From NCBI GenBank assembly GCA_045600465.1, contig JAZRXY010000012.1:6358-70357 (forward strand): a stretch of DNA of 64,000 bases. The letters run 5' to 3'. The notes below the pieces were generated by a model. It saw nothing but the letters and a program-made list of their open reading frames with translations, did not search any database and was not told the origin of the DNA. Made by a program: the position numbers and the translations under genes. Shown here in pieces: positions 9,932 through 18,703 of the stretch (position 1 is its first letter; each line of letters begins with the position of its first letter). Source of the DNA: Bacilli bacterium (lineage in GTDB: Bacteria > Bacillota_I > Bacilli_A > RFN20 > UBA1709).

Positions 9932-10519
9932 ATGTTTATCAAAAATGTCAAGTTTATCAAGTCAGCTGCTGATAAGAGTGGATGGATTGATGATAATACT
10001 CCAGAAATTGTGCTTTTAGGGCGCTCTAACGTAGGAAAGTCAACTTTTATTAACAATGTATCAAACAATACAAGTTTAGCGAAAGTGAGCGTAAAGCCGG
10101 GTAAAACTAAATTGCTTAATTTCTTTGACGCAGAAAACTCTAAATATAGACTAGTAGACGCTCCAGGATATGGCTATGCTGGTGTATCTAGAGATACTGA
10201 TCAAAGCTTTGCTAGAATGATGTCAGAGTATCTTTCCGATAGAGAAAACTTAAAAGGAGCTTTGTTATTATTGGATTCAAGAAGAATTCCTAATGAAGAT
10301 GATATTAACATTAATAACATCCTTATTGATAACAAAATTCCTTACATCATTATTGCAACTAAATATGACAAATTAAATCAATCGGAACGTGCTAAATTAC
10401 ACCGTAATCTTACATCTACTTTGGGAATTGATGAAAATTTCACCATTATTCATTCAGGTAGTAAAGATAAACGTTTCATTGATGAGGTTATTTCTAACAT
10501 CGAAATACTTATTAAATAA
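9932..10519 (+). CDS. engB: Ribosome biogenesis GTPase EngB/YsxC/YihA
   Basis: G1 motif GRSNVGKST and G3 DAPGYG. Length 195 aa. Sits after lon as in B. subtilis. Confidence 0.85.
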   Translation: MFIKNVKFIKSAADKSGWIDDNTPEIVLLGRSNVGKSTFINNVSNNTSLAKVSVKPGKTKLLNFFDAENSKYRLVDAPGYGYAGVSRDTDQSFARMMSEYLSDRENLKGALLLLDSRRIPNEDDININNILIDNKIPYIIIATKYDKLNQSERAKLHRNLTSTLGIDENFTIIHSGSKDKRFIDEVISNIEILIK

Positions 10520-10522
10520 TAG

Positions 10523-10546
10523 TGGACAATAGTCCACTTTATTTTG
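10523..10546 (+). terminator. Rho-independent terminator
   Basis: GTGGAC-aata-GTCCAC followed by TTTATTTT. Confidence 0.6.
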
Positions 10547-10569
10547 ACTTTATTTAATGATTGATTTAT

Positions 10570-10798
10570 AATCTTTTTGTGCGAAGAATAGAAAAGTAGA
10601 AAACATTGTACTTTTTAGAGAGTTTGCGCTTGGTGAAAGCAAATAAGAAATGTTTTTGAAAGTCATCTAGGAGCAAGTTATGTGAAATTAGTAGCTAACT
10701 CGTAAATCTGCGTTAAAGATAATTAAGGTGCATAGATTATTCTATGAATTAGGATGGTACCGCGTTATTAACGTTCCTATTGTTGGAACGTTTTTTAT
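10570..10798 (+). promoter_or_regulatory. T-box riboswitch leader of valS
   Basis: T-box sequence AATTAGGATGGTACCGCG at 10748-10765. It overlaps the 5' arm of terminator AACGTTCC...GGAACGTT plus TTTTTT (10770-10796). An upstream AGAGA-like element is present. The candidate specifier is GTC (Val) at 10662-10664. Confidence 0.8.
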
Positions 10799-10814
10799 TG
10801 GAAGGAGAAACCGT

Positions 10815-13448
10815 ATGAAAAAAGAACTAGCAAGTAAATACGACTTTAAAGCAGTTGAAGCCGGTAAATATCAAAAATGGTTAGCTGCCGATTTATTTAG
10901 AGCAGGCAAGGATAAATCACGCCCACCATTTTGTGTTGTTATTCCACCTCCAAATGTTACAGGAAAACTACACATTGGGCATGCTACTGATGAATCAATT
11001 CAAGATATGTTATGTCGTTATAAACGCTTAAATGGATATGATTCTTTATATTTACCAGGAATGGATCATGCCGGTATTGCGACTCAAGCGAAAGTTGAAG
11101 CTAGACTTAGAGAACAAGGCATTTCTAGATATAATCTAGGGAGAGAAAAATTTGTTCAACAAGTTTGGGATTGGAAGCAGGAATATGGCGACACAATTCA
11201 TTCTCAATGGGCAAAAGAAGGCTTAATGCTTGATTATTCAAGAGAAAGATTTACTCTTGATGAAGGACTTTCTAATGCAGTTAAAAAAGTTTTTGTTGAC
11301 TTATATAACAAAGGTTTAATTTATCGCGGTAAACGTATTATTAACTGGGATCCTGTTATGATGACAGCTTTATCCAATATTGAAGTCATATATGAAGAAC
11401 ATAAAGGATATATGTATTATTTCAAATACTGTTTAGAAAATGATCCAAGTAAATATCTAGAGGTTGCTACAACTAGACCTGAAACTATGTTTGATGATGT
11501 CTGTATCGTTGTGAATCCAAAAGATGAAAGATATCAAGATTGGCTTAATAAAAAGGTAATAAATCCTGCTAATGGAGAGCCATTGCCTATTATTGCTGAT
11601 GATTATATTGATATTGAATTTGGAACTGGTGTTATGAAATGTACACCTGCTCATGACCCAAATGACTTTGCAATTAGTGAAAGACATAATTTAGCTAGAC
11701 CTATTTGTATGAATCCAAATGGAACAATGAATGAAATTTGTGGAAAATATGTCGGTTTAGACAGAATGGAATGCCGAGATAAACTAGTCGAAGACTTAAA
11801 AACTCAAGGTTTAGTTCTTCATATTGATGATTATACTAACCAAATTGGCTATTCAGAGAGGAGCCATGCTATAGTTGAACCTTATTTATCAGATCAATGG
11901 TTTGTTAAGATGGAACCACTAGCTAAACAATCATTAGATTTCCAACAAACAAAAGATAAAATTAATTTCTATCCACCAAGATTTGAAAAAACATTTACTA
12001 ACTGGATGAGTGGCATTGAAGATTGGTGTATCTCAAGACAACTATGGTGGGGACATAGAATCCCTGCTTGGTATAGAAAAGATAGTGGAGAAGTCTATGT
12101 TAGCATGGAACCTCCAAAAGATATCGAAAATTATGTTCAAGATGAAGATGTTCTTGACACATGGTTCTCATCAGGGTTATGGCCTTTTTCAACACTAGGC
12201 TGGCCTAATGAAAACAGTGAAGATTTCAAGCGTTATTTTCCAACTGATTGTTTGATTACAGGTTATGATATTATCTTCTTCTGGGTTTCAAGAATGATTA
12301 ATCAATCCCTTGAATTTACCCATAAAAAGCCATTTAAAGATACATTGATTCATGGTTTGATTAGAGATTCTAAAGGAAGAAAAATGTCTAAATCATTAGG
12401 AAATGGTATCGACCCAATGGATGTCATTGATAAATATGGTGCTGATGCAATGAGATGGTTTTTAACTACATCTTCTTCACCAGGACTAGATATGCGCTTC
12501 AGTGAGGAAAAGATGGAAGCTTCTTGGAACTTTATCAATAAGATATGGAATGCTTCTAGATTTGTTATGATGAATCTTGAAGAAGGTTTCAAACCTTGTG
12601 CTATCAACTATGATGAATTAGGTGACATTGATAAATGGATTATTGATCGACTAAATTCAACACTTGATTCTGTTAATGAAAACATGAATAAATATGAATT
12701 TGTCGTTGTTGGTACATATTTATACAACTTCATTTGGGATGATTTCTGTTCATGGTATATTGAACTTGCAAAAGTTAACTTAAATGGCAATGATGAAAAT
12801 GCAAAAATTCAAACTAAGAGCGTCTTATATTATCTACTAGATGCGATAACTAAGCTAATTAACCCATTCATGCCATTCACAAGTGAAGAAATCTATCAAA
12901 CATTACACAACGATGAAAATATCTTTGTTTTAAATGATAATTGGCCAAAAGCATATGAATATGGTAAAAAAGATGCAAATAACGTTGCAATTACAACAAT
13001 TATTGAATTCATCAAATTGATTCGTAACTATAAGAGTGAAAATAAATTAGCTCCTAATGCTAAAGTAAATGTAAAATTAGGTGCTAGTGGAAGTATCAAA
13101 AAGTCACTTGAAGCAAATAAACAATATTTACAACGTTTCGGATTTATTGAAGAATTAACAATTCTTGATTCATTAGATAAAATAGAAAAGGGTAGTTTCT
13201 TTACTGCTAACGGAGTTGAAATGTTAATCCCATTTGCGGGTAGTATTAATATTGAAGACGAAATCAAACGTCTTGAAACCGAAAGCACCAAATTACAACA
13301 AGAAATTGCAAGATGTAAAGGTATGCTTTCTAACCCTAACTTTGTTAATAAAGCACCTGCTGCTAAGGTTAACGAGGAAAGACGTAAACTTGATGATTAC
13401 ACTGCAAAATATGAGTCAACTATCGCTAAAATAAAATCACTCAAATAA
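10815..13448 (+). CDS. valS: Valyl-tRNA synthetase
   Basis: RBS GGAAGGAG before ATG 10815. HIGH motif (LHIGHA) and KMSKS present. C-terminal coiled coil. The ORF-track start at 10728 lies inside the T-box leader. Confidence 0.92.
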   Translation: MKKELASKYDFKAVEAGKYQKWLAADLFRAGKDKSRPPFCVVIPPPNVTGKLHIGHATDESIQDMLCRYKRLNGYDSLYLPGMDHAGIATQAKVEARLREQGISRYNLGREKFVQQVWDWKQEYGDTIHSQWAKEGLMLDYSRERFTLDEGLSNAVKKVFVDLYNKGLIYRGKRIINWDPVMMTALSNIEVIYEEHKGYMYYFKYCLENDPSKYLEVATTRPETMFDDVCIVVNPKDERYQDWLNKKVINPANGEPLPIIADDYIDIEFGTGVMKCTPAHDPNDFAISERHNLARPICMNPNGTMNEICGKYVGLDRMECRDKLVEDLKTQGLVLHIDDYTNQIGYSERSHAIVEPYLSDQWFVKMEPLAKQSLDFQQTKDKINFYPPRFEKTFTNWMSGIEDWCISRQLWWGHRIPAWYRKDSGEVYVSMEPPKDIENYVQDEDVLDTWFSSGLWPFSTLGWPNENSEDFKRYFPTDCLITGYDIIFFWVSRMINQSLEFTHKKPFKDTLIHGLIRDSKGRKMSKSLGNGIDPMDVIDKYGADAMRWFLTTSSSPGLDMRFSEEKMEASWNFINKIWNASRFVMMNLEEGFKPCAINYDELGDIDKWIIDRLNSTLDSVNENMNKYEFVVVGTYLYNFIWDDFCSWYIELAKVNLNGNDENAKIQTKSVLYYLLDAITKLINPFMPFTSEEIYQTLHNDENIFVLNDNWPKAYEYGKKDANNVAITTIIEFIKLIRNYKSENKLAPNAKVNVKLGASGSIKKSLEANKQYLQRFGFIEELTILDSLDKIEKGSFFTANGVEMLIPFAGSINIEDEIKRLETESTKLQQEIARCKGMLSNPNFVNKAPAAKVNEERRKLDDYTAKYESTIAKIKSLK

Positions 13449-13565
13449 CTACTAAATTATCAATAAAGTGTCATAATTTTGTCAATAAAGCTCCTTATTT
13501 GAATAAAAATGAGGAGTTTTTTATTTTTCTTTTGTATGTATTTATAAAGAAAAGGAGATGAAATT

Positions 13566-13787
13566 ATGAGTGAAATTAGAAAAGTTAGTTTAGAAGAAGC
13601 AGCAAAAATTAAAGGTGGCGAAGCTATTACGCTTACAGTTGTATTAACTTATTTAGCAGTTTCTATTTTGACTGTAGTTGTTTGGAAACTATTTACTTCA
13701 ACTAAAGCTAAAGTTTCTTTACCTGGAGGAGCTTTATTTGAGTGGAGTGGATCTAGTAGCTTACCTAGTCCAATTGATGTGATTTAA
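13566..13787 (+). CDS. Small (73-aa) membrane protein of unknown function; its N-terminus resembles a double-glycine leader
   Basis: Strong RBS AAAGGAGATGA. N-terminus MSEIRKVSLEEAAKIKGG followed by a hydrophobic helix. Stop overlaps the radC start. Confidence 0.5.
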   Translation: MSEIRKVSLEEAAKIKGGEAITLTVVLTYLAVSILTVVVWKLFTSTKAKVSLPGGALFEWSGSSSLPSPIDVI

Positions 13788-14455
13788 TGAAACCTATCAA
13801 TGAGATGCCACGGGAAAAAATGATTCGCAAAGGAGTATCTTCACTAAGTGATCAAGAACTTTTGTGTGTTATTTTAAGAAGTGGGACTAAAAATAATGAT
13901 ATTTTTGAACTTTCTAACTACATTTTAAAAGAGTGTGGAGGTTTAAAAGGATTAGGTACTACTAGAATGGGAGAATTGCTTGAAATTAAGGGCATTAAGC
14001 TAGGAAAGGCCTGTTCTATTATTGCTGCTATAGAATTAGGAAAAAGAATTGAAAATGAGTCAAAAAGACAAATTTTTAGAATTAAAAGTAGTGAGGATTT
14101 AATAGAACTAGTTAAAGATATCTTTAATGATGATTATCAAGAACAATTTATTCTAGTAAATATGGATGCAAAAGGTAATGTTATTTCATGTAATAAACTT
14201 TTTGTAGGTTCTACTTCGATTCATAATATATATCCAAAGGATATATTTAGAGAAGCAATCAAGAATAATGCTAGTTGTATAGCGTTTTGCCATAATCATC
14301 CTAGCGGTGATGCAAGCCCTAGCAAAGAAGATATCGAAACAACTAGAAAACTTATCGAAATATCGAAGCATTTTGGTATTAAAATTGTTGAACATTTAAT
14401 AATTGGTAAAAATAGTGTGACTTCCTTAGCTCAAATGGGTTATATTTCTTACTAA
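13787..14455 (+). CDS. radC: RadC/YsxA-family JAB-domain protein
   Basis: JAMM motif [14 protein letters not shown]. Length 222 aa. Confidence 0.85.
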   Translation: MKPINEMPREKMIRKGVSSLSDQELLCVILRSGTKNNDIFELSNYILKECGGLKGLGTTRMGELLEIKGIKLGKACSIIAAIELGKRIENESKRQIFRIKSSEDLIELVKDIFNDDYQEQFILVNMDAKGNVISCNKLFVGSTSIHNIYPKDIFREAIKNNASCIAFCHNHPSGDASPSKEDIETTRKLIEISKHFGIKIVEHLIIGKNSVTSLAQMGYISY

Positions 14456-14488
14456 AAGTAAGATTTTGTCTTTTATAGGTCTATTTTC

Positions 14489-14627
14489 ATTGACACATAA
14501 CTATTGTTATGATATGATTTCTTACGTTGCCACCCCCAAAAGGTGTTGCAACCGCACAAAACAGGTTATAAAAGCAAATAGCTACCTTAATGGCGAGTCT
14601 AAACAAATTGAAATGGAGGTGCAAGCT
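14489..14627 (+). promoter_or_regulatory. SigA promoter plus structured leader of the rplU-prp-rpmA operon (L21-leader-like)
   Basis: TTGACA (14489-14494), 17-nt spacer, TATGAT. This is followed by a roughly 100-nt leader with GTTGCCACCCCC...GGTGTTGCAAC pairing. The ORF-track ORF beginning at 14466 reads through this leader. Confidence 0.55.
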
Positions 14628-14936
14628 ATGTACGCAATTATTGAAACAGGCGGAAAACAAGTTAAAGTTCAAGCCGGAGACAAGATTTTTATTGAAAAAA
14701 TCGATGCTAAAGAAGGAGAGACAGTCACATTTGATAAAGTTCTTCTAATCGGTGGAGAAAAATCAAAAGTCGGTACTCCTTATGTTGCTGGTGCTAGTGT
14801 CACTGCTAAAGTTGGAAAACAAGGAAAGGATAAGAAAATTCTAGTTTTCAAATACAAGGCAAAATCAAACTATCGTAGAACATATGGCCATAGACAACCA
14901 TACACACTAGTAGAAATCAAAGAAATTAATGCTTAA
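14628..14936 (+). CDS. rplU: 50S ribosomal protein L21
   Basis: RBS GGAGGTG 7 nt before ATG 14628. N-terminus [11 protein letters not shown]. Length 102 aa. Confidence 0.9.
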   Translation: MYAIIETGGKQVKVQAGDKIFIEKIDAKEGETVTFDKVLLIGGEKSKVGTPYVAGASVTAKVGKQGKDKKILVFKYKAKSNYRRTYGHRQPYTLVEIKEINA

Positions 14937-15241
14937 TGATTAAAATTAGTGTCTATAAAAATTGTGACAAAATCACAAATATTACGATAGAAGGACACGC
15001 AAATTATGCTCCTAAGGGAGAAGATATAGTTTGCGCAGGTATTAGCGCTATTAGCATAGGCAGTATCAATGCTATTGAAGAATTAACTAAGATTAAACCT
15101 GAAGTCGGACAAGATGAAGGTTATCTTACAATCAATTATCGTGATGACGAGTTAACACAAATCATCGCAAAAACTACTCTAAGTCAATTAAAAACAGTGG
15201 CTAATGAGTATCCAAAAAAAGTTAAAATCACTGAAAATTAG
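14936..15241 (+). CDS. prp: Ribosomal-processing cysteine protease Prp (YsxB)
   Basis: Located between rplU and rpmA. Motif GHANYA...VCAGIS with His/Cys. Length 101 aa. Confidence 0.85.
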   Translation: MIKISVYKNCDKITNITIEGHANYAPKGEDIVCAGISAISIGSINAIEELTKIKPEVGQDEGYLTINYRDDELTQIIAKTTLSQLKTVANEYPKKVKITEN

Positions 15242-15252
15242 GAGGTGTATTT

Positions 15253-15537
15253 ATGATGTTCAAGCTAAATTTACAATTATTTGCTTCTAAAAAAGGAGTC
15301 GGTTCTACAAAGAACGGTAGAGATTCTGAGTCAAAAAGACTAGGGCAAAAATTATCAGATGGTGAAGTATGTCATGCTGGTTCAATCATTTATCGTCAAA
15401 GAGGAACAAAAATCCATCCAGGAACTAATGTTGGTAGAGGCGGAGACGACACTCTATTTGCTCTAGTTGACGGTATTGTTAAATACGAAAGATTAGGAAA
15501 AGACAAGAAACAAGTTTCAGTTTATCCTAAGGCTTAG
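15253..15537 (+). CDS. rpmA: 50S ribosomal protein L27 with an N-terminal propeptide
   Basis: [10 protein letters not shown] / [15 protein letters not shown]. This is the classic Firmicutes L27 pro-sequence that Prp cleaves. Confidence 0.92.
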   Translation: MMFKLNLQLFASKKGVGSTKNGRDSESKRLGQKLSDGEVCHAGSIIYRQRGTKIHPGTNVGRGGDDTLFALVDGIVKYERLGKDKKQVSVYPKA

Positions 15538-15551
15538 TTAAAGTTTAAATT

Positions 15552-15582
15552 ATCCCCCGGCATAGACTGGGGGTTATTTTTT
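15552..15582 (+). terminator. Hairpin plus U-run between rpmA and obg (terminator/attenuator)
   Basis: CCCCCGG-catagact-GGGGG followed by TTATTTTTT. Confidence 0.45.
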
Positions 15583-15603
15583 ATTAGAAAGTGAGGTGAT
15601 CTT

Positions 15604-16890
15604 ATGTTTATTGATAAGGTAAAAGTTCATATTAGAGCTGGTAATGGCGGCAATGGTATGATTGCTTTTAGAAGGGAAAAATATGTTGATAAAGGTGGAC
15701 CAAGTGGTGGAGATGGTGGTCGTGGCGGCAGTGTCTATTTCATCGCAGATTCCGGACTTACAACACTTTTAGACTTCCAATATAAACGTAAGATTGTCGC
15801 TTTCAATGGGGAAAATGGTCAAGGAAAATTGTGTTCTGGTAGATCAGCTGATGATATTGTTATTAAGGTTCCAGTTGGAACAATAGTATATGAAGGTGGC
15901 ACTCACCGTATTATTGCTGATTTTAAGAAACCAAACCAAAAAGAATTAATTGCTAAAGGTGGTAGAGGAGGTAGAGGTAATGCACATTTTGCTACTTCTG
16001 CTAACCAAGTACCTAGAGTTGCAGAAAACGGGGAACCAGGTGAAGATTTCGATGCTTTAGTTGAATTAAAGGTATTAGCTGATGTTGGCTTAGTTGGCTT
16101 CCCATCAGTTGGTAAATCAACTATTTTATCAGTTTTAAGTTCTGCTAAGCCTGAAATTGCATCATATCCTTTTACAACATTAGTGCCTAATCTAGGCGTG
16201 GTTAGGGTTAATGATGGAAGGAGTTTTGTAATGGCAGATATGCCAGGTTTAATTGAGGGTGCTCATAATGGCAAGGGTTTAGGTCTAGAATTCTTGCGTC
16301 ATATTGAAAGATGCCGTGTTTTAATTCACGTCATTGATATGGCAAGTAGTGAAGGAAGAGACCCTGTTGAAGACTTTAGAATCATTAATGAAGAATTAAA
16401 GTCTTATCGAATGAGACTATTAGAGCGACCTATGGTTATTGTTGCAAACAAAATGGATGATGAAGGCGCAATATTAATCTTAGAAGAATTTAAAAAAGTA
16501 TATGGGAAAGATTACAAAATATTCCCGGTAAGTGCGCTTAATAGGGAAGGATTTGAACCCTTACTATATTATGTAGCGGATTTACTTGCTAAAACTCCTG
16601 AATTTCCATTACTTGATGAAGAATTATTATCAGGAGAAAAGAAAATTTATGAAGTCGATAAAAAAGATCCTGGATTTGTTATTACTAAAGTTGGAGATCA
16701 TCATTTTGTAATTAGTGGTGCGAGAATAGAAAAACTTTATAAAATGACAAACATTAGCGATGACCAAGGATTATTATATCTAACCACTACAATGCGTAAA
16801 ATGGGTATTGATGATGAGTTAGAAAAAATGGGTATCGAAAATGGAGACACTGTTGATTTATGTGATTTCAGTTTCGAATACTATGAATAG
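15604..16890 (+). CDS. obg: GTPase Obg/CgtA
   Basis: Gly-rich Obg fold. G1 GFPSVGKST, G3 DMPGLIEGA. C-terminal TGS-like/OCT domain. Length 428 aa. Confidence 0.92.
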   Translation: MFIDKVKVHIRAGNGGNGMIAFRREKYVDKGGPSGGDGGRGGSVYFIADSGLTTLLDFQYKRKIVAFNGENGQGKLCSGRSADDIVIKVPVGTIVYEGGTHRIIADFKKPNQKELIAKGGRGGRGNAHFATSANQVPRVAENGEPGEDFDALVELKVLADVGLVGFPSVGKSTILSVLSSAKPEIASYPFTTLVPNLGVVRVNDGRSFVMADMPGLIEGAHNGKGLGLEFLRHIERCRVLIHVIDMASSEGRDPVEDFRIINEELKSYRMRLLERPMVIVANKMDDEGAILILEEFKKVYGKDYKIFPVSALNREGFEPLLYYVADLLAKTPEFPLLDEELLSGEKKIYEVDKKDPGFVITKVGDHHFVISGARIEKLYKMTNISDDQGLLYLTTTMRKMGIDDELEKMGIENGDTVDLCDFSFEYYE

Positions 16891-16901
16891 GAAGTGACAA
16901 A

Positions 16902-18701
16902 ATGAAAATATTCAAAGTTATAGGGAGATATTTAAAAGGGTATGTATGGCAATTTATTGGTGTTTTATGCCTTGTTTTATGCCTTAACTATATCCGAAGT
17001 TTAGTTACGCTTCTCATCTCTAAAACATTCGGCGTTTTGACAGGAGATGAAGCTTCAACGCTTCCTAGTTTTATTAATAATTTATTTTTAGAAGGAACTA
17101 TTCCACATAAAATACTTATTGTAGGTATTGTGATGGTTATATCAGTCATTATAAGAGATTTACTAAACTTTACTTGTGATTTAGGCTTTGCCTATGTTGG
17201 TGAAGGTGTTGGTTTTAATATGCAAACTGACTTTTATAACCACGTTCAAGAATTACCTTATTCATATCTAAATCATGCTCAAACAGGTGATTTAATTCAA
17301 AGAAGTATTACTGACGCTAATAGAATTAAAAGATTCATGGTAAATGTTGTTCCTATGGTTACAAGTGCATTTATGAGAGTAATTATCATTGTTGTACAGA
17401 TGCTTGTTATTAATGTTCCAATTACCTTAATCTTACTTATTCCAATCCTATCAATGTTAATTGGAGCATTTATTTACTTTAGAAAAAATTCTCATCTATT
17501 TAGTGATATAGAAGAAGCAGATGGAAAACTAACTGCTGACGTTCAAGAAAATCTAACTGGTATTAGAGTAGTTAAAGCATTTGCTAATGAAAAATATGAA
17601 ATGAATAGATTCCAAAAATTAATGGATGACGTTATCATCAAATGGCGTAGAATGATGCAAAAAATGTCATCATATTATGGAATAATGGATGGAGTATCTT
17701 ATTTTTTGATTTTAACTTCATTTGTTTTAAGTATCATTTTTGTCAAAAATGACATGTTAACATTTACTCAAGCTACTGCTTTATTCTTATTTGTTGAAAA
17801 TATCATTTGGCCAACTAGAGTATTAGGTAGACAATTAGGCGAATTAAATAGAAGTGATATTGCTAGCGAAAGAATTCTTGAAATAGTTACAATTCCTACA
17901 GAATTTGATTTAGGTGATGGTAAGAAAAAACCTGTAATTAAAGGAGATATTGAATTTAAAGATGTTTTCTTTAATTTTGCTGATGCTAAAACACCAACAA
18001 TTAAAGATATTAATTTACATATTAAAGAAGGAGAAACAATTGCTTTAATGGGTAAAACTGGTTGTGGTAAATCAACACTAGTTTCAATGATTGATAGGAT
18101 GCTTGATTGTACGTCAGGTAAAATTTTGATTGATGGTGTTGATATCAAAGAAATCAATAAACGCTATATTAGAAGTAAAGTAGGGCTAGTTTTACAAGAA
18201 CCTTTCTTATTTAGTAGGACAATTGAAGAAAATATTGGTATTAGCCTAGATAATTCTAATAATGATAAAAAAGTCCAAGGAGTTGCTAAAATTGCTGCTG
18301 TTGATAGCGATATTAGAAGATTTGCTGAAGGTTATAACACTATTGTTGGTGAAAGAGGAGTAACGCTATCAGGTGGACAAAAACAACGTATTGCTATTGC
18401 AAGAACATTAATTAATTTTAAACCAATTATCATCTTTGATGATTCTTTAAGTGCAGTTGATACAGATACTGATTTAAAGATTAGAAAAGCAATGGCTAAA
18501 AACAAGAAAAAACAAACAAAGATTATTATTACTCACCGTATAACTACTGCTAAAGAAGCTGATCGAATAGTTATTATGGACGATGGGAAAATAGTTGATA
18601 TAGGCAGTCATAGCGAATTAATTTCTAGACCAGGCTTATATCAAAATATTTGGAATATTCAAAGTCATTTTGAAACAAATGATAATAAGGAGGCGAAATA
18701 A
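16902..18701 (+). CDS. ABC exporter half-transporter (TMD-NBD); carries a degenerate catalytic residue
   Basis: Six TM helices followed by an NBD. Walker A GKTGCGKST and signature LSGGQKQR. Walker B IIFDDS carries Asp in place of the catalytic Glu. Confidence 0.85.
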   Translation: MKIFKVIGRYLKGYVWQFIGVLCLVLCLNYIRSLVTLLISKTFGVLTGDEASTLPSFINNLFLEGTIPHKILIVGIVMVISVIIRDLLNFTCDLGFAYVGEGVGFNMQTDFYNHVQELPYSYLNHAQTGDLIQRSITDANRIKRFMVNVVPMVTSAFMRVIIIVVQMLVINVPITLILLIPILSMLIGAFIYFRKNSHLFSDIEEADGKLTADVQENLTGIRVVKAFANEKYEMNRFQKLMDDVIIKWRRMMQKMSSYYGIMDGVSYFLILTSFVLSIIFVKNDMLTFTQATALFLFVENIIWPTRVLGRQLGELNRSDIASERILEIVTIPTEFDLGDGKKKPVIKGDIEFKDVFFNFADAKTPTIKDINLHIKEGETIALMGKTGCGKSTLVSMIDRMLDCTSGKILIDGVDIKEINKRYIRSKVGLVLQEPFLFSRTIEENIGISLDNSNNDKKVQGVAKIAAVDSDIRRFAEGYNTIVGERGVTLSGGQKQRIAIARTLINFKPIIIFDDSLSAVDTDTDLKIRKAMAKNKKKQTKIIITHRITTAKEADRIVIMDDGKIVDIGSHSELISRPGLYQNIWNIQSHFETNDNKEAK

Positions 18702-18703
18702 CT

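Noticed and set aside
10728-10814. N-terminal 29-aa extension of valS, and similar upstream extensions of rplU (14466), tkt (31923), secDF (23022), rpmG (54434), apt, tig, nadE, ruvA, yhbY and dxs in the ORF track
   Set aside because: The extensions cover the T-box leader, the L21 leader or other 5' UTRs. They use alternative start codons and lack an RBS. Downstream ATGs with canonical GGAGG-like RBS and conserved protein N-termini were chosen instead.
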